A stretch of DNA of 64,000 bases from the IMG/VR virus record IMGVR_UViG_3300037781_000042, positions 1 to 64,000 of that record; one strand, 5' to 3'. Source of the DNA: a virus (lineage: Duplodnaviria; Caudoviricetes). The notes beneath the pieces were generated by a model that searched no databases, was not told the DNA's origin, and was given only the letters and a program-made list of their open reading frames with translations. Positions 1-8,696 of the stretch are shown here, one piece after another. The number at the start of each line of letters is the position of its first letter. Position 1 is the stretch's first letter. The translations under genes were made by a program, and so were the position numbers.

Positions 1-2508
1 GTTTTAGATAGATCTCCTTATAATGATGGTAAGGCTACTCAAGAAATGTGGGAAGCAGTTGATAAACATACAACCAAAGAATTTTTAAAGCTTTTAAATA
101 AATATGAATTTTTAATTAGAGAAGATATTAAAGATGTATTTTCTGAATTTTTTCCTCTTATTGCTTCTGCAAATAAAAAACAATTTATAGAATTTTATAA
201 TGAAGTTAAAGAAAATTGGTTACCTATTAAAGAAACCTATGAGAAATTTGAAGAAAAATCAAATGAATATGTAGAGCTTTTAAAACAAAAAGGAAAAGAA
301 ATAGAAATTCTTTCTGAAGAGTTGGGATGTAATCCTGTTTCTCCAAAAGAAGTTGAAGACGAAGAATTAGAAGACTTTGAAGATGAAGGAGATTTTAGAG
401 GAATTCCTGATCCAGAAAAACCTAATATTACAGATCCTGATTATTGGAGAAGATTTGCAAGTATGGCTACAATTGTCGGTCTTGCTCCGATTCCACAATT
501 TACAGTTAAGAATCAATTTGGAGTAAATTTAAGAGATCCATCGGGTCCAGAAATAAAGTTACCTAAAGGAGGACCTGTATTTGATGATGATGCAATTCCA
601 AGGTTTATGTTTTATCCTATAGGATTTATTATTCCTACTCCAATATCAGCAGATTTTATTTATAGAATTCCTTTACCTACTATATGGACATTTTTAAATG
701 TTACAACCATAAAAAGTCCATTAAATCAATTGACAGAAAAACTTTTGGAATATCAATCGCAATTAGGAGTTTTTCAAACTTATGCGACTACATATACAAA
801 GGATATGGATTTAGAAAGGATATGGCAAAATGTTCCTTTAGGTTTAATGCAACATTTAATAGGGTTGATGGGACTTGGAAACGCAGGGCCTATTCAAATA
901 ATTAAAAATGAAGTCGCAAAAATTTCTTCTAGTTTTATCGATGGATTAAATAATGAAATAAGAGATATTATGAATACTGCAGTTACTGTAGATTCTACTG
1001 ATACGACAAATAGTATTCAACAAGAACACCAAAGATTTACTCGAGAGATGGATTCTCAAATGGGCCAAATAAGAAGTCAAGCACAGGGTTTTTTAGATAG
1101 AAATTTAAGAGGTTTAGAGAATACTATAAATACAGAATTTAAAGATTTTGATTTAACTTCTTATGCAAGGACTGCAGAAAATGTTTTACAGCAAGCGGGA
1201 AATTTTGTTAATCTTGGAGTAGAATTAGTTTCTTCTGTCGGCGGTTGTGTAGGAATAGATTATCCTTTTAATTTCAGTATTGATCCTTCTGGATTATTAG
1301 GAAAATTAAAGAATTATAGTTCTCAATTTTCTTTAGGAGTAAATGGATTAAGTTTTCCTCAGTTTACAATTCCTTTTCTTAGAATGTCAGAATTTTTAAC
1401 TTATTCTTTAAGTAATATTTCGATTGATTTATTTAAAGAATTAAAATCTGGAATTGATGCTACTTTAATATTTCCTAAAATAGGAGAATTATTACAATAT
1501 CTAGAAGATTTTGTAATGTCTTATTTTTATAAAATGATGAGATGGAAATTATGGGATATGAATTTTCCTATTTTAGATTTCTTTAATTTTAAAATTCCTC
1601 CTACTTTAATAGATTCTTTAAGTATGACTTTGTTTGACTTTAATGATCTTATTATGGTTACGTTTCTGGGCATCTCTGGGATCATTCCATATCCATTTGT
1701 AATGTTAATCAACCCTTCTAGAAAAAGCATACCAGGGATAATAGATGAGCAAACTATAGAATTTCTTATAACATTAGATTTTACAGATCCTATAAAAGTA
1801 ATTAAAAAGAATTTTGGAACATATACTTTGCCTTTGAGATTTCATATTGAAGATGTTATAAATTCAGGTTTAGGATTATACTTTGAACCTGGCGGTGGAA
1901 GTATTACTAACTTATGCGATCTTATAAATAAACTAGGTTTTAGTTGGCAAGAAATATTGGGAGATTTAAAATCTTTACTTAATTGGGATATCGTACCTAA
2001 AGATTTATGGAATTCTTTTGAACTTCCAAATCCTAATATGATTTGTAAAATGATAGCAGCAAAAAGTGCGAAAGAAGCTTTTAATATTGCATTATCTGAA
2101 GTAAAATTAGATTCTACTTTAACTCCTCCTACAATACCTAAAGCAGCTGATTTAGTAAAATATGGAGTAACTGATTATGATGGAGCAAAAGATTTTGTCA
2201 TGGATGAATTTAAATCTACGTTCGGAGCAGCTAAATTTCCTACAGTAGACGAATTATTGAATATGAATAGAAGTCATCAACAAACTTTATTATTGAATGA
2301 AATAGGAATAGCTAAAAAGGTAAAATTAGATTTGCTTCCTCAAATAACATTGAATTCTCCATATTTACAAGATGATCTTCCTTCTTGGGAAAGATTACAG
2401 TGGTGGAATATTCCTTTTATTTTGTTCTTGATAGAATTTAATATAGCTGCTAAATTTGGAGCAGTTTTACCTATTCCAGAAGTATCCCCTGTAGCTAGAA
2501 TGCGTTAG
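1..2508 (+). CDS. Large hypothetical protein, 5'-truncated by the window edge
   Basis: The 820-aa ORF from 46 has an open frame back to base 1 (gtt tta gat aga ... gaa atg). No family motif recognised. Confidence 0.75.
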   Translation, partial: VLDRSPYNDGKATQEMWEAVDKHTTKEFLKLLNKYEFLIREDIKDVFSEFFPLIASANKKQFIEFYNEVKENWLPIKETYEKFEEKSNEYVELLKQKGKEIEILSEELGCNPVSPKEVEDEELEDFEDEGDFRGIPDPEKPNITDPDYWRRFASMATIVGLAPIPQFTVKNQFGVNLRDPSGPEIKLPKGGPVFDDDAIPRFMFYPIGFIIPTPISADFIYRIPLPTIWTFLNVTTIKSPLNQLTEKLLEYQSQLGVFQTYATTYTKDMDLERIWQNVPLGLMQHLIGLMGLGNAGPIQIIKNEVAKISSSFIDGLNNEIRDIMNTAVTVDSTDTTNSIQQEHQRFTREMDSQMGQIRSQAQGFLDRNLRGLENTINTEFKDFDLTSYARTAENVLQQAGNFVNLGVELVSSVGGCVGIDYPFNFSIDPSGLLGKLKNYSSQFSLGVNGLSFPQFTIPFLRMSEFLTYSLSNISIDLFKELKSGIDATLIFPKIGELLQYLEDFVMSYFYKMMRWKLWDMNFPILDFFNFKIPPTLIDSLSMTLFDFNDLIMVTFLGISGIIPYPFVMLINPSRKSIPGIIDEQTIEFLITLDFTDPIKVIKKNFGTYTLPLRFHIEDVINSGLGLYFEPGGGSITNLCDLINKLGFSWQEILGDLKSLLNWDIVPKDLWNSFELPNPNMICKMIAAKSAKEAFNIALSEVKLDSTLTPPTIPKAADLVKYGVTDYDGAKDFVMDEFKSTFGAAKFPTVDELLNMNRSHQQTLLLNEIGIAKKVKLDLLPQITLNSPYLQDDLPSWERLQWWNIPFILFLIEFNIAAKFGAVLPIPEVSPVARMR

Positions 2509-2517
2509 AAATAGATG

Positions 2518-2526
2518 AATATATAG
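2518..2526 (+). promoter_or_regulatory. Putative late promoter AATATATAG
   Basis: Exact motif 40 nt before the S1-like gene. The same 9-mer recurs before the structural genes. Confidence 0.65.
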
Positions 2527-2565
2527 ATTTTAAAAATATTATAAATTTTACATAAAGGTAACCTA

Positions 2566-3879
2566 ATGTCTTATGAAGAATTAGACCAAGTAGCAGATTT
2601 AGATTGGACAAAGATGGATTTAACTGCACCATCCGAATTTGAAAAAATGTTAACAGAACATTTAACAAATATAGAAGTATACGATCCTGAAGTGGGATCT
2701 ATATTTGATGTCGATTCACTAGAAGTAGTAAATAATAAATTGTGTGCAATATTATCAAATGATGTTGTAGTTGAAATGAACTTAGCAACAGAGTATCGAT
2801 GTCTGTTGGATAGTATTTTTCAAGAAGGAACTACTTTTAAAAATAGAAAAGAGTTTTTAAAATATGTTTCTAAAAATAAAGAAACAATTAATGAAGCTGT
2901 TAAAAAGCAAAAATTAAAAATTCAAATAACAAAAACTAGAAATGGTATTTTAGAAGGATCTATAAGTGCATGGAACTTTAAGAAGCTTTCTAAAGAATTT
3001 TTAGAACAAATAAGATTAAATAAAATAATTGAATCTTCTAAAAAGAAATTCACTAAGAGCAGAAATCCTATTAAAACTCAAAGTAAAACAGGATATTCTT
3101 ATGATGAAGTAGAAGAAGCAAAACAAAATCAGAGATATTACAAGTGTAAACTTGTTGAAATGAACAAAGGTGGTTTTTTAGGGTATATTTCAGGAGTTCA
3201 AGTGTTTGTTCCTGGATCTTTAGCACATCACCAAAGAATAGAAGATTATGAAAGCTTTGTAGGAAAAACTATCGATGTTATGATAGATTCTTATGTATCA
3301 AATAGAAATATTTTTATTGCTTCTAATAAGAGATATATTGACGCGAAGATACCTACAATAGTAAATGAAATAGATAATAATACAAAACAAACTGGAACTA
3401 TTACAGGAATTACGGATTTCGGTATATTTATTAATTTCAAAGAAATTTTAAATGGATTATTACACATATCCGAAATGACTCAAAATACTATTCATAAATT
3501 AAAGAATAGAGAATTTGAAATTGGAGAAGAAGTAGAATTTTATGTAAAATCTTTCTATCATGATAAAATAGTTTTATCTGAAATGACTTTAGAAGAAGCA
3601 GAATCTGAATGGGAAGAAATAGAAAATGATATAAAAGGAACTGTAGTTTTAGGAAAAGTATTGAAGAAAGTTTCTACAGGATATTTGTTTAAATTAGATA
3701 ATGGTTTAAGAGGACTATTGTATGATATAGAAGCAGATAAATATCCAATGAATATAGTGGAAGGAAATGAATATGAAGTAGAAGTTTGGAAGATGGATTT
3801 CAATTCTTCTAAGATTTTCTTAAAATATCCAGAAATTCAAAATTTACAAGAATTAAGAGATGCATTTATCCCAAAATAA
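2566..3879 (+). CDS. rpsA: Ribosomal protein S1-like protein (three S1/OB domains in the C-terminal half)
   Basis: S1-repeat signatures: KLVEMNKGGFLGYISGVQVFVPGS, GTITGITDFGIFINF..ILNGLLHISEM and GTVVLGKVLKKVSTGYLFKL..GLRGLL. Confidence 0.8.
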   Translation: MSYEELDQVADLDWTKMDLTAPSEFEKMLTEHLTNIEVYDPEVGSIFDVDSLEVVNNKLCAILSNDVVVEMNLATEYRCLLDSIFQEGTTFKNRKEFLKYVSKNKETINEAVKKQKLKIQITKTRNGILEGSISAWNFKKLSKEFLEQIRLNKIIESSKKKFTKSRNPIKTQSKTGYSYDEVEEAKQNQRYYKCKLVEMNKGGFLGYISGVQVFVPGSLAHHQRIEDYESFVGKTIDVMIDSYVSNRNIFIASNKRYIDAKIPTIVNEIDNNTKQTGTITGITDFGIFINFKEILNGLLHISEMTQNTIHKLKNREFEIGEEVEFYVKSFYHDKIVLSEMTLEEAESEWEEIENDIKGTVVLGKVLKKVSTGYLFKLDNGLRGLLYDIEADKYPMNIVEGNEYEVEVWKMDFNSSKIFLKYPEIQNLQELRDAFIPK

Positions 3880-5218
3880 AAAGTTTGAAATATTTCAAAA
3901 AACTAAAGTAGGATTTGAGATTGAATTTTTCTCAGATTTGAAAGATAGAAATATTGCGTCTTTCCTAAAAGATTCCTTAAATAGAAAGGTAGTTTTAGGA
4001 AAGACCAAAACTTCTATTGGGAAAGACAAGATAGGTTATCACACTAAAATTAAAATTGATGAAGAAAAATTTAAATTAGAAAAGGATTTTTCTGGTGGAC
4101 CTATGATGTACGAATTGGTAACATCTCCTTTACCGTATTTTGAAGCAAAAAAGGTTTTAATTTCAGCATTAGATACTATTAAAGAAATAGGTTGGGTAAA
4201 TGATAATTCAGCAATTCAAATAAACATTTCTTTTGATGATCAAGAATGTCAAATAATGTACATTAACATATTAAAGTTTTGTTTGAATTTTTATATGTTA
4301 GAAAAGGAAATATTTAAAGATTTTCCAGTAAGAAAAAATAACATTTATTCTGAATCTATTACTAAAATAATGCCTGACATAAGTTCTTTAACTATGGATC
4401 CTAAAGATCTTAAAGTATCAACTACTAAAGTTAAACTTCCTACAAACTCTAAATATTTTGGAGTTAACTTTCAACACATGATGAAAGATAATTATTTAGA
4501 ATTTAGATATTTAGGCGGAAGAAACTATTTAAAGAAATCTTCTAAAATAGTAGATTATTTAGAAAAGTTTGTTTTATTTTCTTATGATCAGGCCGTAAAT
4601 AGAGAAGTAACAGATAGAGACGAAGAAATGTTTAATCGTGTAATTACTGCTCATTTTGAAAGGATGAAATTTTTTAATGATTTAGAATCTTTTCAAAAAA
4701 GATTTAAAAATATTCATTTATTTGTAGATTTAGAAACAGATCCTTCTTATATTCAACTAAGATTTGAATCTATGAAGCCTTTTTTATATGAACTTATAAT
4801 TAATAATAATCTTAAAGAAGGATATATTAATTTAGATACCGATGTTTCTAAATATCAAATCAAAGATGCTACTATTAAAAAAGGATTAAACCTTCATAAT
4901 ATAGAATTTGTAAACTGTGATTTAGAAGGAGTTTACGAAAATTGTGACTTTTATAATTGTACTATAGAAAATGCATTGATGTTTGATTGTGGATTACATG
5001 GATATTCTGAAGTAAAATATTCTAAATTAATCGATACTTCAAGTAACACAGTAAGTACTTTTGATAATTGTTTCATTAGAAACGATAAACAAAGAATAGG
5101 AGGAATATTTAATAAATGTATTATTGTAGGATCAGAAGATCTTTTACTTTATGATTCTGTATTAGATAATGAAACTTTATTCGTAGATAGAGAATACGGT
5201 TCTAAAAAGAAAAAATAA
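3860..5218 (+). CDS. Putative amidoligase (COOH-NH2 ligase, Amidoligase_2-like) with a C-terminal beta-helix-like repeat region
   Basis: Motifs GFEIEF, YELVTSPL, SAIQINIS, KYFGVNF and LEFRYLGG. The C-terminus has short periodic repeats (FVNCDL, FYNCTI, FDNCFI, FNKCII). Confidence 0.6.
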   Translation: MHLSQNKKFEIFQKTKVGFEIEFFSDLKDRNIASFLKDSLNRKVVLGKTKTSIGKDKIGYHTKIKIDEEKFKLEKDFSGGPMMYELVTSPLPYFEAKKVLISALDTIKEIGWVNDNSAIQINISFDDQECQIMYINILKFCLNFYMLEKEIFKDFPVRKNNIYSESITKIMPDISSLTMDPKDLKVSTTKVKLPTNSKYFGVNFQHMMKDNYLEFRYLGGRNYLKKSSKIVDYLEKFVLFSYDQAVNREVTDRDEEMFNRVITAHFERMKFFNDLESFQKRFKNIHLFVDLETDPSYIQLRFESMKPFLYELIINNNLKEGYINLDTDVSKYQIKDATIKKGLNLHNIEFVNCDLEGVYENCDFYNCTIENALMFDCGLHGYSEVKYSKLIDTSSNTVSTFDNCFIRNDKQRIGGIFNKCIIVGSEDLLLYDSVLDNETLFVDREYGSKKKK

Positions 5219-5232
5219 GACGTTTTTATTTT

Positions 5233-5241
5233 AATATATAG
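5233..5241 (+). promoter_or_regulatory. Putative late promoter AATATATAG
   Basis: Exact motif upstream of the tail tube gene. Confidence 0.65.
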
Positions 5242-5302
5242 ATTATAATCGGAGATTGAATAATCTTCTTAACTTAATTTGAAAAATACTATTTAATTTA
5301 AC

Positions 5303-5887
5303 ATGGCAAAAAGACAACATTTTACTAATTCAAAGGTCGGGGTATCTAATTTAGAACCTTTGTATGACAATCTATTTGAAGTAGTAATTACACCACCTGA
5401 TATTATTGCAAATAATCCTGAATGGAGTGGAGTAGGAAGAGAGTTATTACTAGAAAACATAACTGCTATTAGAGGTTTAGACGTAGATAAATTACCTAAT
5501 ATAGTTACTCAAAACTTTAAAGGAAGTCAAAGAAATTTCATAGCAAATAATCCAGATGATACTACAGTAACAGTTTCAATTGATTGGGAATTGAACTTAA
5601 ATGAAGCAAATCAAAACTTTGTTTATAATGCTTTACGGTCATGGTCTGATTTACTTTATGATCCACTTACTGCTGCTAGATCTTTAAAGGCAGAATACGT
5701 ATCTCCTGCTGGTTTATCAGTTACTAATTTCCATAGAAAAGAAGTAGTAAATAGAAAAATAGAAATTAAAAATATTTTCGTTGCAGAACCTATTCCAGCA
5801 TTTGATAAAAATTATGGAACTGGTGATCTAGAAACATTAACTATTAGCTTTATTGGAGATTACTTTAATAACGCTTATAACAAATAA
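5303..5887 (+). CDS. gp19: Tail tube protein (T4 gp19-like)
   Basis: 194 aa with EPLYDNLFEV, QNFKGSQRNF and ALRSWSDLLYDPLT, resembling the gp19 tube family. Lies between a late motif and a terminator. Confidence 0.7.
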   Translation: MAKRQHFTNSKVGVSNLEPLYDNLFEVVITPPDIIANNPEWSGVGRELLLENITAIRGLDVDKLPNIVTQNFKGSQRNFIANNPDDTTVTVSIDWELNLNEANQNFVYNALRSWSDLLYDPLTAARSLKAEYVSPAGLSVTNFHRKEVVNRKIEIKNIFVAEPIPAFDKNYGTGDLETLTISFIGDYFNNAYNK

Positions 5888-5911
5888 TTTTAATTAAAAA
5901 TCGTGTACCCT

Positions 5912-5948
5912 AAATCCTGTTTGAAATTTTTTCATTCAGGATTTTTTT
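5912..5948 (+). terminator. Rho-independent terminator
   Basis: aaatcctg..tgaaa / ttca..cagggattt stem followed by a T run, just after the tail tube gene. Confidence 0.65.
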
Positions 5949-6018
5949 ATGTCAAAAATTTTTATTAGTTTACAAATACTTTAATATAAGGATAATATTT
6001 ATAGTAGTATTACCTATT

Positions 6019-6058
6019 GAGGTCTTACTTTTTTAGATGTTTAGTAAGACCTCTTTTT
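6019..6058 (+). terminator. Rho-independent terminator / hairpin
   Basis: Perfect 11-bp stem gaggtcttact / agtaagacctc followed by ttttt. Confidence 0.6.
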
Positions 6059-6065
6059 ATTTTAT

Positions 6066-6094
6066 AAAACTTTTTTACTTTTATTAAGTATTAT
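6066..6094 (+). promoter_or_regulatory. Putative middle promoter AAAACT-N17-TATTAT
   Basis: Matches the recurring AAAACT-N17-TATAAT class, with one mismatch in the -10 box. Confidence 0.5.
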
Positions 6095-6106
6095 AAAATA
6101 AAAACT

Positions 6107-6931
6107 ATGATAAAATTTGAAAATTTTGCAGAAGCTTTAGAATCAATCCTTTCTAATTTAGTAGATGAACCAGAATATTCTACTTCACCTAGAGGACAAC
6201 AAACCAATGAAATAATTAATTATTCTTTTAAATTAGAAAATCCAAAATCTTGTATTTTTGAAAATGAATATCATTCTTCTAATTTAAATTACATAGCAGG
6301 AGAACTTGTTTGGTATTTTAGAAAACAAAATGATTTAGAATTTATTTCAAAATATTCATCTTTTTGGAATCATATTGCAAATGAGGACGGTACTTGTAAT
6401 TCAGCTTATGGACATTTAATTTTTAATGGACAATATCAATGGGCCCTTTCTTGTTTAGAAAAAGATATTAATTCTAGACAAGCAATAATTCATTTTAATA
6501 ACGAATCTCACCAATATGAAGGAAATAAAGATTTCGTTTGTACGATGTATTGTAATCTTTTTATAAGAGATAATAAACTTCATTTATCTACTCAAATGAG
6601 ATCAAATGATGTTATCTTTGGTTTAATTAATGACGTAGCATTTTTTACTACTTTACAACAACAAGCTCTCTTACATTTACAAAAAACTTATCCTAATTTA
6701 GAACTTGGATATTATTATCATTATGCAAATTCTTTACATTTATACGAAAAACATTTTGATAAAGTTTCTAAAATGCTTACTTCAAAATTTATTCCGAAAG
6801 AACTTCCCGAAGTAAAAAGAGAACTCATTACTAGAGATGGAGAAATTTCTCATTCTTTAATGAAAATAGAAGAAGAAAGCATTTCTAATTTCACAGACGA
6901 GTTCTATAAATTCTTAAGAACAAATATATAG
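6107..6931 (+). CDS. gp42: Thymidylate-synthase-fold enzyme, dCMP hydroxymethylase type (T4 gp42-like)
   Basis: SRQAII, catalytic CTMY and MRSNDVIFGLINDVAFF. The ThyA N177-equivalent position is Asp, as in T4 gp42 (RSNDVVFGFRNDYAW). Also HYANSLHLYEKHF. Confidence 0.75.
   Translation: MIKFENFAEALESILSNLVDEPEYSTSPRGQQTNEIINYSFKLENPKSCIFENEYHSSNLNYIAGELVWYFRKQNDLEFISKYSSFWNHIANEDGTCNSAYGHLIFNGQYQWALSCLEKDINSRQAIIHFNNESHQYEGNKDFVCTMYCNLFIRDNKLHLSTQMRSNDVIFGLINDVAFFTTLQQQALLHLQKTYPNLELGYYYHYANSLHLYEKHFDKVSKMLTSKFIPKELPEVKRELITRDGEISHSLMKIEEESISNFTDEFYKFLRTNI
6923..6931 (+). promoter_or_regulatory. Putative late promoter AATATATAG
   Basis: Exact motif overlapping the stop codon of the preceding gene, 24 nt before ORF 6955. 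Confidence 0.6.
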
Positions 6932-6954
6932 AATATAATTTTTTATATTACTGA

Positions 6955-7329
6955 ATGTACAAATTATTTGAAGAATATTTTGGTGATTTAAACGAATCGG
7001 AATCCTTTGACGATTATCCTAAAGCAGCAACAGAAAATGCTAAAAAAGCATTAAAATGGAGAGATGAATATGGAAGAGATGTTGTAAAAGGAGGAACTAA
7101 AGTAGGATGGGCTAGAGCAAATCAATTAGCTAAAAGAGAATCTTTATCTAGAGATGTAGTTTCTAGAATGGCACAATTCAATAGACATAGAAAAAATTCT
7201 AAAATAGCAGATAAATATAAAGGCGAGCCGTGGAAGGATAACGGATATTTAAGTTGGCTTTTGTGGGGCGGAGATGCCGGAGTCGACTGGGCCATTCGTA
7301 AAATGGAACAACTTAGAAAAAATAAATAA
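6955..7329 (+). CDS. Small phage head-associated domain protein with an N-terminal capsid-targeting-like peptide
   Basis: YPKAATENAKKALKW..GGTKVGWARANQLA..LS...V.RM..F.RH...GYLSWLLWGGDAG resembles a domain seen in phage head-morphogenesis proteins. N-terminus is KLFEEYFGDLNE. Confidence 0.55.
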   Translation: MYKLFEEYFGDLNESESFDDYPKAATENAKKALKWRDEYGRDVVKGGTKVGWARANQLAKRESLSRDVVSRMAQFNRHRKNSKIADKYKGEPWKDNGYLSWLLWGGDAGVDWAIRKMEQLRKNK

Positions 7330-7336
7330 TTAAAAA

Positions 7337-7885
7337 GTGAAAAAAATAGTAGAATCATATAGAGCATATCATCTTATTAAAGAAAATAATGATGAACTTT
7401 TAGCAAAAGAAAAAGTTAAACTTACAGAATTAGAATCAAAAGAAAATCAATTAAAAAAAGAAATATCTTCTCATGAAATTGATTTAGAAGAAACTATAGA
7501 AAAGATGAAAGAAATAGATTCTGAAATTAAAGAGATTGAAGAAGAAATTAATAAAGTCAAATCTAAATCTAGTCAAGCCTGGAATGAAGTAACAAATGCT
7601 CATAGAAAAGCTAAATCAGAAGGGAGAAATCTAACACACGGGGAAATGAGTTCTATATTATTTGACTATGGAATCAAAGGAGCAGAAAAATCTGCTTTTT
7701 ATAGTGCAAAAGGTAGAATGAATGGATTAATTAAAAAGCAAGATAAATGGAGTGAACTAAATGCTCATAAATATGAATTAGAACAATCTATCGGTACAGC
7801 TAAATTAAATCTTTCTAAAACACAAAATTCTATAAAGACTACAAAAACGAATATTCAAAAATATTCTCAAACCCAAATGTTTTAA
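7337..7885 (+). CDS. Coiled-coil hypothetical protein
   Basis: 182 aa, GTG start, with long E/K heptad stretches. Confidence 0.7.
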   Translation: MKKIVESYRAYHLIKENNDELLAKEKVKLTELESKENQLKKEISSHEIDLEETIEKMKEIDSEIKEIEEEINKVKSKSSQAWNEVTNAHRKAKSEGRNLTHGEMSSILFDYGIKGAEKSAFYSAKGRMNGLIKKQDKWSELNAHKYELEQSIGTAKLNLSKTQNSIKTTKTNIQKYSQTQMF

Positions 7886-7911
7886 AAGATAATAACGTTT
7901 TCATTTTTAAC

Positions 7912-7946
7912 AATCTCTACTAATTAATTTTAGTAGAGATTTTTTT
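7912..7946 (+). terminator. Rho-independent terminator
   Basis: aatctctacta / tagtagagatt 11-bp stem followed by a T run. Confidence 0.7.
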
Positions 7947-7972
7947 ATTTAAAAAATTTTTCTTATATTACA
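7941..7972 (+). promoter_or_regulatory. Putative early promoter (TTTTTTATTTAAAAAATTTTTCTTATATTACA)
   Basis: A 32-nt identical copy lies at 22850-22881 and a near copy at about 28275-28307. Each heads a cluster of non-structural genes. Confidence 0.55.
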
Positions 7973-8006
7973 TCATGTTCAATTAACACTTATAGGAAAA
8001 AGTAAA

Positions 8007-8696
8007 ATGGGTTATACAACAGATTTCGTAGGATCGTTTAAAACTGATAAACCAGTCGATGAAAATATATTTAAATTGGTTAATGGATTAGCAGGAACGA
8101 GAAGAATGAAAAGAGAAGGTCTTCCAAAAGAATATGGAGTAGAAGGAGAGTTCTATTTTGAAGATGATGGAGATTATGGACAATCGACCAATCCTAAAAA
8201 TGGAAAAATTGTAAATTACAATCAACCTCCAAGTATTCAACCGAGTTTATGGTTACAGTGGATGTTTGAAAAAGACATGCAAACTATAGTTTGGGATCAA
8301 GGAGAAAAATTTTATTCTTATGTAAATTGGTTAGAATATTTAATTAATAGAATATTAAAGCCTTCTGGTTATGTAGTGAACGGGAAATGCGAATATCAAG
8401 GAGAAGATCGGTCTGATAGAGGAGAAATTGTTGTTGAGAATAATGTAATTTATTTGGATGGACATAAAGCCCCTGAAAAAGATTACCCTCAATATGATAT
8501 TTTAAATGCTTTTGGTTTAAAACCTTCAAAAACTTACTATAAAGATCCTCGAAAGGAAATTACTCTTTCTGAAGAAGAAGCAAAAAAGATATTAGTATCT
8601 AAGGTAGACCAAATAGAATCGGATTACTTAGAAGAAATATTAACCTATTTTATTTTTGATGACATAACTTATAAAATTATAAGAGAAAAAGGATAA
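8007..8696 (+). CDS. Conserved phage hypothetical protein
   Basis: 229 aa with GYTTDFVGSF, QPSLWLQW and WDQGEKFYSYVNWLEYLI. SD-like AGGA upstream. Confidence 0.75.
   Translation: MGYTTDFVGSFKTDKPVDENIFKLVNGLAGTRRMKREGLPKEYGVEGEFYFEDDGDYGQSTNPKNGKIVNYNQPPSIQPSLWLQWMFEKDMQTIVWDQGEKFYSYVNWLEYLINRILKPSGYVVNGKCEYQGEDRSDRGEIVVENNVIYLDGHKAPEKDYPQYDILNAFGLKPSKTYYKDPRKEITLSEEEAKKILVSKVDQIESDYLEEILTYFIFDDITYKIIREKG

Noticed and set aside
6107-6931. Plain thymidylate synthase ThyA
   Set aside because: It has Asp rather than Asn at the specificity position, and a separate ThyX is present.
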